Of a stretch of DNA of 64,000 nt, positions 23,842-36,964 are shown in pieces. Both the position numbers and the translations under genes were made by a program. How positions within the stretch are numbered: position 1 is the stretch's first letter; the number at the start of each line of letters is the position of its first letter. Source of the stretch: Enoplolaimus lenunculus (lineage: Eukaryota); the NCBI GenBank assembly GCA_030248215.1, contig JASANG010001737.1:372001-436000 (forward strand), given 5' to 3'. The notes beneath the pieces were generated by a model. That model did no database searches and had not been told where the DNA came from. It worked only from the letters and a program-made list of their open reading frames with translations.

Positions 23842-24514
23842 ATTTTGTATTTGAAACAATATAATTGTTTTTAATATTAATTCTGATTCTAGGGACCTTA
23901 CCCCATTTTATCACAAAGAAATTTTCTGGCGGCGGGGAAGGGAGTACGCCCGCCGTCGCCCCTTATGACACGAATACTTGCATTAATATTATCCGCTCAT
24001 GCATCTTATATCGGATGCTGATAAATTTTTTCGCTGCAGCTGAATTTAGGGCATTTGGTCATAATTCAAAATGGCGACGGTATAATTTCATGTACACGGA
24101 ATTATTCGTGAACCATTAGCACAAGAAAAAGTTGTTCTAAAGCCGGTTAAAAGTGCTTAAAATTTTGAGAGAGAATATATTCCCTCTAATCCTCTTGTTT
24201 GAACACAATAATGGCTGGATCCAAGATCGAAATAGCCCACCCATCGAAAATGTTAGGTACTTAGAAAAAAGGTTTTTTCCAAGGATGGTTAAGTTTTTTC
24301 ATACCTGTCCAGTACTTGTTTAGGTTCCTTTGCAAAAAGCCCCCTTCGCCCATATAATAATTGGAATAATAAAATAGGCTAAGTCTCAGGCATACGTTTA
24401 ACCTAATAGGCTTAGTAATATAGTGAACACGTAATGTGGGGATTGCCCAAGTAAATCTGGTGTGGGTGAAGTAACCACATTGCCTTCACCCAAACAAGTA
24501 TATATACATGTCTG

Positions 24515-24716
24515 CAGGGCCGAAACTGCCACCCCCATAACCCCCATTTGAAGGGGCCTTCAACCCCTGAAGGGCCTGACACCTTAACCGTCGAAACAAA
24601 AAACGGCCAAAGCCGTTATATGCGTCTGGATTCTCGCTCGTTTCGCTCGCGAGTTTAGGGGGCGCCCCACCATGGAGTTTTGGGGGAATCCCCCGCCCCC
24701 GTTTGCTCCGGTATTA
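24515..24716 (+). mobile_element. GC-rich hAT-like MITE
   Basis: Perfect 8-bp TSD catgtctg; shares tcgctcg.ttcgctcgcgagttt with the 10120 copy. Confidence 0.8.
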
Positions 24717-24840
24717 CATGTCTGATATTTTTAAACTTTCCAATCGAGTAATATATATACCATGTTTAGACTATAAGACAAACTAAACAGTCAAGTAATA
24801 TATACTTTAAAAGTTTCTTGTTTTTCCCGTACGCTATGCA

Positions 24841-25027
24841 CAGCGGCGGATTCAAAAATTTCTAACGGGAGTCAGGCTAGAATCCGTTACGAAACGCAAT
24901 TTTTACTCTAAGCTATGTGCCAATTATATGGGGGAAAATGTGTTACGGTATGCACGTTACCATTTTGCCGTAAGAAAATTTCTGACGGGGAAGGCGTCCG
25001 CCCGCCGTCTCACTGGATCCGCTAGTG
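24841..25027. mobile_element. hAT-like MITE (cagcggcggat family)
   Basis: TIR cagcggcggattca / tggatccgctagtg; TSD gctatgca/gctgtgca. Confidence 0.75.
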
Positions 25028-25519
25028 GCTGTGCAATAATTTATAGGCGGGTAGATTGTTAAATTTAGCGGTATATATACATGAACTTCAGCAGCATCTT
25101 GTAGTATATATATTTCGCCGTTTTTGTGATAAATAAATTTTTTCGTCAAATTTTTGGCTGCTTTATTGACTGATTGTAGCGTAGGTATGTGATAGTGATA
25201 GTATTAATAGTTGGTTTTAGCTTGTTTTGTCGATATTTTAGTGTGTTTGATTGGAAAAGCAGTACCTATCGGATCCTGTGGGGGTAATTTTTCAGGCCAG
25301 GGTATCGAACAGGAATCGGACCGCCGGCTATTGTCATAAAGTTAAAATTTTATATTAAAATTTAATGTTAAGAATTGAGTTTGACGTTTCGCTCGTTTTA
25401 TTCGCGAGTTTTTTTATGGTTTGTTGTGTGGACCACGTAATTTTTGAATTTGCCTCATGATAAAATGGTTCTATTGCTGATTCACAAGGCAATCCATATT
25501 TGCTATTGCTTAAAGGTTG

Positions 25520-25722
25520 GGTCAATGTAAAGAACAGGACCGGAACAGTATTATAAGCGCATTCTTAATCCTAAGCCGAAACCTAAGCCTAAACCTAAGC
25601 GTAAAAATGAGCATATTCCTAAGCCAGAGCCTAAACCAAGCAAAAAATCATAGCCTAACGCGTAAGCTTACTCTATTGCAGTCCCACAGAAAAACGTTCC
25701 GCCCCTGATCTTTACATGGGTC
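25520..25722 (-). mobile_element. TTAGGC-carrying Merlin-like MITE
   Basis: TSD aaaggttg/gaaggttg; TIRs; two gcctaa tracts. Confidence 0.85.
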
Positions 25723-26251
25723 GAAGGTTGAATACAATTTGAATTTTTGACGTACTTTGCTACCAAATAATTTTGAGTTTTGGCAGTTTTCCACTGTCAA
25801 CGTCTTGATGATAATTGTTCAAAACCAAGCTCTTGCTTTAGGGAAAATCTGAAGCTTTGCCATACCAGCTGCTGTTATACTACCACTTATTTTTCAAATA
25901 ACCCACGTCTTGCCGAATAACAGCCACAAGACGAAGACCCTGCAATTTTAAATTTAAAATTTTTAAACGTTTTTACTAATTCATGAGGAGATCGGAATCT
26001 ATTTCGGTTCAATTTGTTTATTTGCCGCATTCTTTCACCATGTCGACGTATCGATTGATCAGATACACTTTGAGTATAACTGCGAACATATCGGTTTGTC
26101 AAAATAACATTCGAGGAGTTATTACTAATCCTTCGCGTGACCATCTGTAACCCCAATGAACCCAACAAAAATCAGTATGAAACATTTTAATGTTACTTTA
26201 TCTTCCGGTTACAGTTTTCTAAAATGATGTGTATATATACACATATATATA

Positions 26252-26301
<50 letters not shown>

Positions 26302-29300
26302 GTAGGTCAAGTTGCAACGCCGGATATTTGGCTACGAAAATACTCAGCTGCATATAAGCTGAACGGTTACTTACAGTATTCACAGGAGTTTAGCAATGGG
26401 TACAATCGCGCCAGGCATGAATTATTTTTATCAAGAGTCGATGATGCCCTTAAGCATGAGTATGCAACAAGCTTTGTTTTGCAAGGAACTAAATCTACCA
26501 GCGGTCGTTGCGTTTTGGTCCTACCCCCTTTACTTTAGGGGTGGGATATCTATGAAGATTTTGACGCCCATCCCCTATAGGGGGGGGGTAAGCCAAAAAT
26601 GCAACGTGTACTGGGTACATATTTTCTACACAGAATGTAATCAGTTGCATATTCTTGTTAAGAGTGTCATGCAGTCTTGTTCTTATCCTAAGTGTAATCA
26701 TAAACCTGCGTTTAATCTTAAACATAATGATAGGCGACGAATTGTCGAGTAGATGAAAGTTCGGCTTACAAGTTGTCGGCCGACGAGTTGTCTCGCGAAG
26801 AACTGTCGTAATGCTTCGTTTGCTAGCTACACATATTTAAATCACGTATTTAAATATGTAAGCTTTATGCTTTGCTTGGTCGGCGCCAGTATTGAAGAAA
26901 CGACTCAAATATTCACTCTTAACATAAAACAACTCTCGATAGCCCTTGTGTGCAAAATATATTTTAAAAAAACATAAAATATAAAATGTACAAATAAATG
27001 TTGCAATATATCTTTTAAATATGTATCCGATATGGTATATCGCTGTAGTCAAAATTGTGAAAATTGGATTGAAAACGGGATTTCAAAGTTTGACTCGTTT
27101 CAACTGAAAAATATTTTTAAATTTAAGCAAAAAAATGGACCAGCGAAAAAATTATATATACTCAATATATTATAATGTGCATGAACGTTGAGTTCAAACT
27201 CGACGACAAAAAACATTTGCAATACCTGCACTCGCTTTGTGGTTTTGTTATCCGTCCCAAAAACACTCACTCACACACACACCACATTTGCAGATGCGTG
27301 CCGACAGAGGGACCACAGCGCCTGCTGTGTGAAAATGTAAGTTTCATTTCGTCAGGTAAACACACACTATTTTGTTGACAGACAGTTAGCAATTTGCCAA
27401 TTGTATTTTAACAGGCTAAAGATTTAGTTGTGGTTTCGCTGCTGCGCCCCCTCACCAACCGTAATTTCTGAGGGTATGCCTATTGCCACTGCGGTATCAC
27501 AGATTGCATTGAGACAAAACGCAAGTGTAATCAATCATTTATTAGTATCGCAAAAAAATAACAGTTCAACGATAATAACAAACATAGAACAAGTATTCAT
27601 GACAGATAATTTTCGCCAAAAAGATGCAGTTGCTGTTGTTGTTGTTGTTGTTTTTCGCTTCATCATCACGGATATACATACTGACGTGGAGCGCGAAATA
27701 CGCAACTACGCGCGTTCGCAATTTGCAGCCCAAAACCTTAATTATAACAAATAAAAAAATATTTATTCAGTACACATGCGCTCGTTTCACCGAAAATGAG
27801 TATCGAATTTTATGGTTAAATTATACTTTTTTGTGAGTTTTATTCGTTGTAAAGATGCTATTGGACAGTTTTAGTAAGATGGTAATGAAGTATGTTCCTT
27901 TTCTCTACTGCTTCGATCGGCATGAGGTTGTGTATAATATATTTATTTATTTATATATTTATTTATTTATGTGCGACCGGGCACCAAAAACCATCGGAGC
28001 CGGATTATTAATCCAAATCTAACACTAGATTGCATTCATATATCAGATCGTAGCTAACAGTTGTTCCTTCAGTAACCTAAGGTATATATCCAAAATAGTT
28101 ATAGTTTTAAAAAACACAAACGTGGCAAAAATTATTTTGTGACCTAAAAATAACTTCTTTCTTTCATTGAGCCGATGTCCAGCAAATGCGTATTCTTGAA
28201 CATCTAATCGCATTGTCTTAGGTATGGTTTTCTTTATTTTTTCATTGTTTTGCTTTATATTAGCTATGCTGTGGTTTAAATAAAAAAATTGCAATTGTAC
28301 TACCTGGATAGATTAGAATTTCACATTTACTCATGACTGTAAAATTGAATGTCGGCAACCATTCAAACGTCCCATAGAGCAGCTTAACTGCAAAACACGT
28401 TTTTTATGCTTGCCTGATTATCGGAAGTGAATGCAGTTGTGTGTACAGCATAGATGCAACCGGAATTTACAATGAACCGGAATTTGAAAAATTGACAGCA
28501 ACCGTAAGCTTAAAAATGCGGGAATTTAACAATTCCGGTTGCACCCTTGGCGTACAGGGTACGTTACTTAGTATGTGAAGAACAATTTTAGACGCAGCCA
28601 TTCGAAGTATATACTGATAGTTGTAGTCCGTGATTTGAATATACCCAATCGCAAATTTATTAGCACAATACTAAAAATTTGAAAGATAGTGAGTGAGTGA
28701 CCTGATACCGCTGTTTCGGTTAAAATTTCTTGAGAAAATTATCGTTACTTTTCTCTGTCTGTGTCAATCTGCCTGTGACATCCAGGTTTCGTAACCAGCG
28801 TACGTTTATACGCCAGCTAAAATACTTTAAAAGGGTCATATATGTATATATACAAGGGTTTCGGATGGCTTCACAAACGACGTATCCTAACCGAATTGTA
28901 TGCTATTTCCCCGATCACACAGTATTCTTCATTCTCGCTTCAGCCGTGGCAAATGATCTAATTTTATTGGCTGATGCGTCTTGAATTTCATTGGCTGACG
29001 CCGCGTCGCGAATTTTATTGGTTGACGCGTTCACGAATCTGATTGGCCAATGCTAAATTTGGTGTTCGACTCAATTTGAGTCATAATTATTAACGAAAAT
29101 TATGCAAAATGCAAATATATACATTAGACTTCGCATATTATTTGAATGGCATGGCCGGTTAATGGTGCTGATACTGCGTAAAATATTGGCGCAGTGTCCT
29201 TCTCGTTTACTTTAAATTTTTTACCGTTGTTTTGTGTTTTTTCCGCTCAAATTGTGCACTTTTCAGTCAATTGTAATGCCCTGTGCTGTCTGTTCTCGCA

Positions 29301-29551
29301 TCGAACAACATTACTATATCTTTACGTTCAGTATTTTAAATTTGACTCAAAAGATAATTTTCTATGTTATATGGTTTGTGATGAGTATTTAAATTTTGAA
29401 ATTGGCGAGAATAGCGAACGGCTTATAACAGTTATATTTGCCCACTGGTGCCGAACATAGAGCTGGTTGCTTGAGCAATTAGTAATTGGGCGGTGAGTCG
29501 GTTTATTTAACCGATTTATGGTGTACAAGAGTGTTTTAGGATACATGCAGT

Positions 29552-29680
29552 GGCCCATGTATAGAACAGGGCCGGATCGTTTTACGGAAGCGCTGTACCT
29601 AATAGAGTCAGTTCAAGCTTTACACTAATTTTTTTGCTTACGCTTAGGCTTAGGCTTACGCTTAGGAATTGGCTCATCCA
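29552..29680 (+). mobile_element. Partial TTAGGC-carrying MITE (left portion)
   Basis: ggcccatgtatagaacagggccgga...ttttttgcttacgcttaggcttaggc; no right TIR seen. Confidence 0.7.
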
Positions 29681-31823
29681 TCGCTAAGATCCTTAGGTCG
29701 CAAACATAAACTGTTTTGTTTAGAAACTTATAGCTTAAATATATATTTTATGTAAACGTTATAGCTATACTATAACCTTTCAATGAAAAATAATGCAGTT
29801 GGTTCAACGGTTAACTTTAGCTCTGGTCAAAACTAACATTTATATTTTAGGTCAACGCGTTCGTAGGCAGGTTTGAAGTTAATACTAAGTACTTGCCAAA
29901 CTTTGAAACTAGCTAAGTAATTAATTAAATGACTGGTAGAGTTTAGTGTACTTGTATATCAATGTAAACGGTTTCTAAGCAACACCACAACTTTTGGCTA
30001 AAATCGAAGCTTTCATTTAGTTAATCAGTCTCTTTCATTTTTTTCGCTTTAACTACAAGGCTGATCGTAGTGCAATTTTAAATTGTTTTGTGAATATATA
30101 TTTAGCTATATATACATGTATATATATATCTACATATATGTCATATATTATATATGTATATATGTTTGTTAAAACTGCTCTAGAACGGGTCAAATTTTTT
30201 GATGGCGGTTAAGCTATTCCTAGCTTCCCTTCGACTTCGAGCCCATATTGTTTGGTCAAATTTTGATTTATTCTTTTTAGCAGAAAAATTTTCAAGGTTG
30301 TGAAACACTGATTCTTACCGTATTATGTGAACAAATTGCAATTCTGATCAAGCGAAACATAATAGTTATTTCGACCACCCTGAATAACCATATTTACCTA
30401 ATAATAAACCTAGAACTCCAGCTACGACGGCATAGTTGTTAGGTATTGTTCCAACAAATCTTTAGGTTTGATATTCAGTAGAAATTGTTTTAGTATGTAG
30501 AATTCTAAATTAATAATTATAATTGCAAAGCCTGTTACGCTTAATTTCGGCGTTGTTTCAGTTAATTTTCCTGGTTTATGTATATATACATTCTGAAAAC
30601 ACCTGCTGTATTTTTATAGGTAAACTGTAGTTTGAAATGCTAGCGATTTATATATATTGCAAGCACTTTGGCTTACAAACTGTAATAACCTTCAAGATTT
30701 TGATATGCTTAAATAAGTAAATAAGACCAATTTTCACTGTCTTTATATTCGTTTACTATTTGGTTTAATGTTATCACTCTGATGACCCCCTTTTTGCGCA
30801 AAAAGCTGGCACGGTACAAAACTGGCAATGCGTCGTATCAAATTTGTTTACCAAAGCCAAAAAAGTGAATCAAGTCAAGTTTCCCCCCTTCAACTAAACG
30901 AGGAATTTGGCTTGATATATATACTATTTGAGTGTATAATTCTAGTGCAATGTCATTAACTATTCCTTGAACGGGGACCTATGGTACATTAACCCTTGAT
31001 ATACTGTTGGCGAAAACTTTGTCATTGAAAAGACATTTGTAATAACGAATACTTAAAGCGGTATTGATAATTGCCAAACTGTTCGCTGAACTGAGAATGT
31101 CAGCTGTGTAGTCTACCTTCTTCAAAGCGATCACATTAATACGGCACGTAGAAATATTTTTTCGACAACTCTCTTAGCGTCAAACTTACTCATACCAATT
31201 CCATTCCTGCAAAAATGCAGTTTGTTCCATTACACATATTCGTTTTACTTTTGTCACAATTATCAGAAAAGAATTTGTGAAATTTCGCAGAAAATTAGGC
31301 GTACAACCAAAAATTTTACAAATTACCTTGGCGTTTTGATCACTTGAAACCACCAGGGGGACTTGAATTGATATGCTTATTGGCGAAGCTTTGCTTGATG
31401 TCTTTAGGAGGGGAAGTTTACTTGATTCAAAATTGCTTCGGTGTGCTGAATACTGAAGCGATTTTTGGCTTTAGTTTCGATCACACAACCCGTTCAAAAC
31501 GTAATGATTTTGTAGAAGTTATATTAATACCGCCCAACTCTCTCTCTCTCGGCGGCCTACCCGCCATTGGGCCCAGGTCCATTCAGTGTGTTTCATCGAA
31601 TATTTTAAGTTTACATCTCATTTTAAATCTTACCAACTTGAAATTAGGCCCGTAGTCAGCTCACCTTGCTAGGGGAGGCCAAAAATTTTTCATGAGGAGC
31701 ATTCAAGGGTTTTCAATGACTTACAAGCAAGATTGAAAATTTTTTAGGGGGAGCCAAAATTTTTCCGTGGGGGTTGAGTCTCCCTACCCCCCTGGGCTAC
31801 AGACCTGCATGAAAGCTATAGCA

Positions 31824-31924
<101 letters not shown>

Positions 31925-32296
31925 ATTCCTTCGCCCCCCCCCATAGTTGTGGTTCTGTTTTATTCGTTTCATGTTTGTCCGTTAAGGTTTCCTAAAGCCC
32001 AAAGTAAACAAAGCGTTAATTTATATATATCCAATCCGGAAACGGATACTGTAGTTTCAGCCCCTTTTACCACGTTTTATAGTGCGTATTTTAGAGTGTA
32101 TTGCCCTAAAATGAGTTCATGAGGACTATTCCTAACTGCGGTTGCTCAGGGTCATTTAATACAACTTGCGGCACTCTTGCCGTAAAGTAATGTCGTTTAT
32201 GCCTCTGCGTAGTGACATTTATCAATATATTCATGCGGCGAAGGTTTTATGTTGCTTTATTAAGTCTGCGTAATATACCCTGGGCTTCGAAAACTG

Positions 32297-32485
32297 GGCC
32301 CATGTAAAGATCAGGGGCGAAACGTTTTTCTGTGGGACAAGAATAAAGTAAGCTTAAGCTTTAGACTAATTTTTTGCTTGGCTTAGGCTTAGGCTTAGGA
32401 ATTAACTCATTCTTACACTTCGGCGTAGGCTTAGGCTTAGAAATGTGCTTATAATACTGTTCCGCCCCTGTTCTCTGCATTGAGC
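32297..32485 (+). mobile_element. TTAGGC-carrying Merlin-like MITE
   Basis: Perfect TSD gaaaactg; TIR ggcccatgtaaagatcaggggcg / cgcccctgttctctgcattgagc. Confidence 0.88.
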
Positions 32486-33350
32486 GAAAACTGTAACCAG
32501 AAATTGTTAGCAGAGGACCAAGAAGATGTATGGAGGTTCGTGGAAAATTTCAAAACTTCTTTTGATTCTGTCGAAACATACTTAAGCCAGGCGCTGAAGA
32601 TTCACAGCTTTGATAATCTCGCTTTCAATTGTTATACACACTACGATTCTATATTTTTCCCAAAAGTTTTGATATGTATTATATGTATATATATATTAGC
32701 TATCAAAGTCTTTTTTGAAACTATCGCATAAGCGATTTGACTCTCGGAACCCCCGTCTAGTTACTCGTTTGCCTGTATACCTATATCATATGCTGTGACT
32801 ACTAAATTGGCAAAAATTTGATGTCCTGTTCCAAACGTCCTTTTTAGGACATCTAGAACAGATCAAATTAAAGTTTCCGCTACGATATCATATTAAGTTA
32901 ACACTAAAGTTATCAATTAACAATTTCCCAATATCCTTATAATTTCAACTGCTCTAGCAAAGGGGTTAAAAGAGAGTTTTTCAAAGATTATTTGAACAAG
33001 ACTTGTTGCTGGCTGACCGCTACTTGGAACTACTTTGTGAGCAAACGGTATCTATTTCTGCTGCGGTACTCAAACCAGTAATCTTGGTTCAGGTTTTTTC
33101 GTTCAAAACCGGAACATGGTTTAAAATTGACGTCCTGCGCTGTCCGTCACCGTCCGTCACCATACGTTATCGTACGTGGGTTATTTTACGTACGGTACCG
33201 CACGGTGACGGACGGCGCCGCACGTCGACAAAAGTATAGCGCAACCTTAACTTTTTGCCAATTTCGAGAACTGTACATGTATATTTCGATGAAACTTACC
33301 ATTATCAACTCAATTTTTTTAGATATCTGTATAAATCTATATATACATAC

Positions 33351-33433
<83 letters not shown>

Positions 33434-35134
33434 CGAATGTTAAGATTGAACGACAAGTTCAGTTGAAAAGGTTACTAAACCATTGATTTGATAACGCGTG
33501 CTCAGAAATTGTAGCGAACAGTTTACATGGTCGGAGAGCTGGGTTTAAACACCATCGCATCCACAAGCAAAAGTGACCCGATGGGCTCCATGCAGCATCT
33601 ACTGCTTAGCTTACGCAATTTGAACATATAACCCATATATTTACTGAGAATAATCAATGCCAGCCGTTGTTTTATGGACTTACACTTCAACCTTAGCAGG
33701 TACCATAATTTAGGTGCGTGTGTGGTCTTCAGACTCATGCATATACTCAACCTTTAATTGCTGATTTGTGGCAAAACCCTAAGCATAAAAAAAAGTTGTC
33801 AAAAAAATTGCACTACAAATCGGTGCTCTGTTCTATAGTTAGGGTCCACATTAAAACGCTTTGGGTCAGGTTATAATTGCTGCAAGAGTGTAGTAATAAT
33901 AATAATAATAATAATTTTATACTCGGAGTAAAAAGTTGAGCTCGCTCACGTACGACTAAGATCTTACTCAGACGTTTAAAAACGAAAACGTTTACCCAAA
34001 AGGTTTACAATATCGGTAGTTTCCGCAATTGTATTCGAAAAAATAAGCTTAAAAAATGACATAGCTACTAGCTATTATATATAGGTATATATACATATAT
34101 ATGTATATATATTTACTTTGCTAGGTATAATTTTAGCAAACGGCAAACTTGATTAATGGCAAGCTAAATGGTTTAAACTACCTTTGGCTTTTTAAGACTA
34201 AAAATTTCAGTTTTTTCCGTGTTTAGGTACACTTCTTTGGGCATATGTAATGCATATATATGTATATGTATGTGATTGGTTTACTTTACTAGGTAGTCCT
34301 CTATTATTAGCATGCCGGCCTTTATAACATATATATACCGCACTCATTTTAATATAAAACAAGTAGGATTGATGTCACCGAAACCGCCGTTGTGAGTAAA
34401 ATTAGGACTCAGTTGAGGCAACACAATTTTTGCGCCTGGTTTAAATCCAACTCTGGCCGGGCTGCAGCAAACGCGAGCGTTAAAAACGGGTGAAATCTGA
34501 GTTCTACCAAACCAGTATTATAAAAAGTTATAAATTAGCGTCCGTGACACTTGAGTGACACTCATTCCAGATGAGAAAGGTGTGAGAAAACACAATTTTT
34601 TTACTGATTGCGCGACACTTTGTTGCTGTTAAAGCGGTGGGGCTCTGAAACCGAGGTATATACAATTTTTTACATTGACGTAAACATTATAACGTGGATG
34701 ACGTATTATTCGCTAAAATTAATATATTTTTATTAAACGTTGTGGTTTTTCAAATTTTTTGGAACAAACTGAAAAACAGCCGAAAGGTGTTTTGCATCAA
34801 AGTTATGATCTTCATAATTTTAGACTATAAATTGAGTCGTGGCGAATTTGCGTCTGAATTTGTAAACAGAATAAATGTGAAAATCAATAATTACTTCTAT
34901 ATTGCGCTGGTTTTAACTTTTTAATCACTGGCGCTTAGTAGAAGTAAGCTTTACTTGCTCAGTGCCGTTCAACACCGCGTTACAAACTCGATGCTAACCT
35001 CATATTTTCAAATGGTTTCTATAAGATTCTACAGTTTGTATTATCACTGTACAAACTCAGGTTACACAATGGTTCCTTAACGCGTATCCTTCACGACTAA
35101 AACGAACCGAAGTTAGAGGTTTATGTCAACTATA

Positions 35135-35377
35135 CACTGTAAATTTCGGTGAGTTTAACTCAGAATGAGTTGAATCACTCAGTCTGGAGTTAGGACTATC
35201 AGAACTCAGAATTTTGAGTGTATTCAATTCATTCTGAGTTAATTAATCAACCCACCCAGAGTCAACTCAACTCAGAATAAGAACCAACTCAACTCAGAGT
35301 GAATTAAAAGCTTACAGATATTTATTCAGAAATAACTAACTCGCTAGCTGAATTGATTAATCAACTCATTTACAGTG
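35135..35377. mobile_element. CACTA/EnSpm-like MITE family B (second copy 9459-9711)
   Basis: TA|cactgtaaat...atttacagtg|TA; the 9459 copy is flanked by AA on both sides; internal aactcag/ctgagtt motifs. Confidence 0.78.
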
Positions 35378-36767
35378 TATATACTCACACCATGACTATA
35401 TCTTATGTGGCGGATCCAGGAATTTTTGACGGAAGACGCAGCGCAATATATATACATATATACATATATATGTATATATACATATATATACATATATATG
35501 TGTATATATACATATATATCGCGGAGCAGCGAACGAGAAACCAAACACATTTTTAGTTCTTGATGTTAGCACAAAATTTTGGCTTATAACTCCTGTTGGG
35601 TGCTTAAATCTGGGTGCCGCAAGTTGTGTTCGCTAGCGCCTTTATTCCATACCAACGGTAAATTTATCGTTATCAATGCATTTTGTGAATTATGAGTCAT
35701 ACGAAAAGTCAGCCGTTGTTTTGTGTTCAAAACCTCATCGAAAATGCAAGCCCACCATCAGCACCGCTGACGAATACAACAACTGCCTCCAAGACGACGA
35801 GCGTAAAACAGGGATCAACACTAAAAGATTTGTATTAAGATTTTTAGGACTAAAATATTGAGTCTGGCTATTAGCTCGTTTGTCTCGCTGAATTTTTCAA
35901 TCAAAAATATATATCGCGTGTACCCCGTTAACAAATTTCTAAAATCCACAGAGCTGCTACTCGCATCAGCATTAGCGTTTTGTAGTCAGAAATTGACAAC
36001 AACTCTGGTGAAAATGTCTATTTCCATTGGTAAAACCCATTGTCAACTACAGTAATCCACATCGGCTGAGCTCAAAACGTTTGTTGTATTCGTCGAAATG
36101 TCTGTGCGTTCAGATCCTCGAATGACCAAAAATTGAACGCGAGTCAAGGGACAATCATTTTGTTCATCATTATTTCGACGACCCACCACCGAATACGACC
36201 CTCAGCGAAGCCGTACCCCCCACCCCCAGTTCAAATTCGTTTCGCCAGTTTAGTCGTATTACGGTATTGAACGCACGTTGGTTGCCTGTTTTATCCTTAA
36301 GAGTCATCGGTCGATTGGCCATCCAAGTTGTCTAAGTGTCTGAATATACACCACCGACCCTTGTTCTATGGTTCTGTTTTGTGGTTTGCTAAGGTAGACG
36401 AATATATTACTGCCCTTGGTAATTTATAATAATGGTTACTGCTAGCATTGTGTGGGCTTTATTGTATAATATTGCTATACCGTTGGATATATTCGTATAA
36501 TTTGAAACATGGACAAAAGTCAAACTACTAAAGTATTATAGCATAGTTACAGTGGTTTATTTGGAAATTTCGGATATTGTGAACCGCACGAGATATATAA
36601 TAGTTGAAATTAAACTCCCGAGCGAACACGATTTCAATGCTAAACCTTAATACAAAGTTTTGGTTTTGATTCGTGTTTGGGGGTCGGGGTCTACACTGGG
36701 ATGACCCCCCTTGACTCCGTCAGTTGGTACTGCGTGGTCGCGTTTACAGATCGATGCTCGAAAACTA

Positions 36768-36964
36768 CACTGCAAAAAATGGTGAGTCAAATTGACTCTG
36801 TCGGAAATAGGCTTTTCCTGACTACACAAATTGAGTCAAATTCGACGTCCACCAGAGTCAAATTCGATTCACTGTGACGCACGTTTGCGAATTTGACTCA
36901 GTTTGCGTAGTCAGAAAAAGCCTATTTCCGAAAGAGTCAATTTGACTCACCACTTTTTACAGTG
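36768..36964. mobile_element. Palindromic CACTA/EnSpm-like MITE family A (other copies ~45380-45493, 48160-48370, 48634-48843, 52042-52250, 61990-62177)
   Basis: cactgcaaaaaatggtgagtcaaattgac...gtcaatttgactcaccactttttacagtg is almost fully palindromic; 2-bp flanking duplication (TA here, CA at 52042). Confidence 0.82.

Noticed and set aside
25755..26145. Two minus-strand exons separated by a 37-nt intron
   Set aside because: The second block has in-frame stops and no homology is recognisable; the evidence is too weak.
32480..32731. Protein-like 83-aa ORF (LLAEDQEDVWRFVENF...)
   Set aside because: It starts inside a MITE terminus, is extended by only a few codons when the MITE is removed, and has no clear splice sites or homology.
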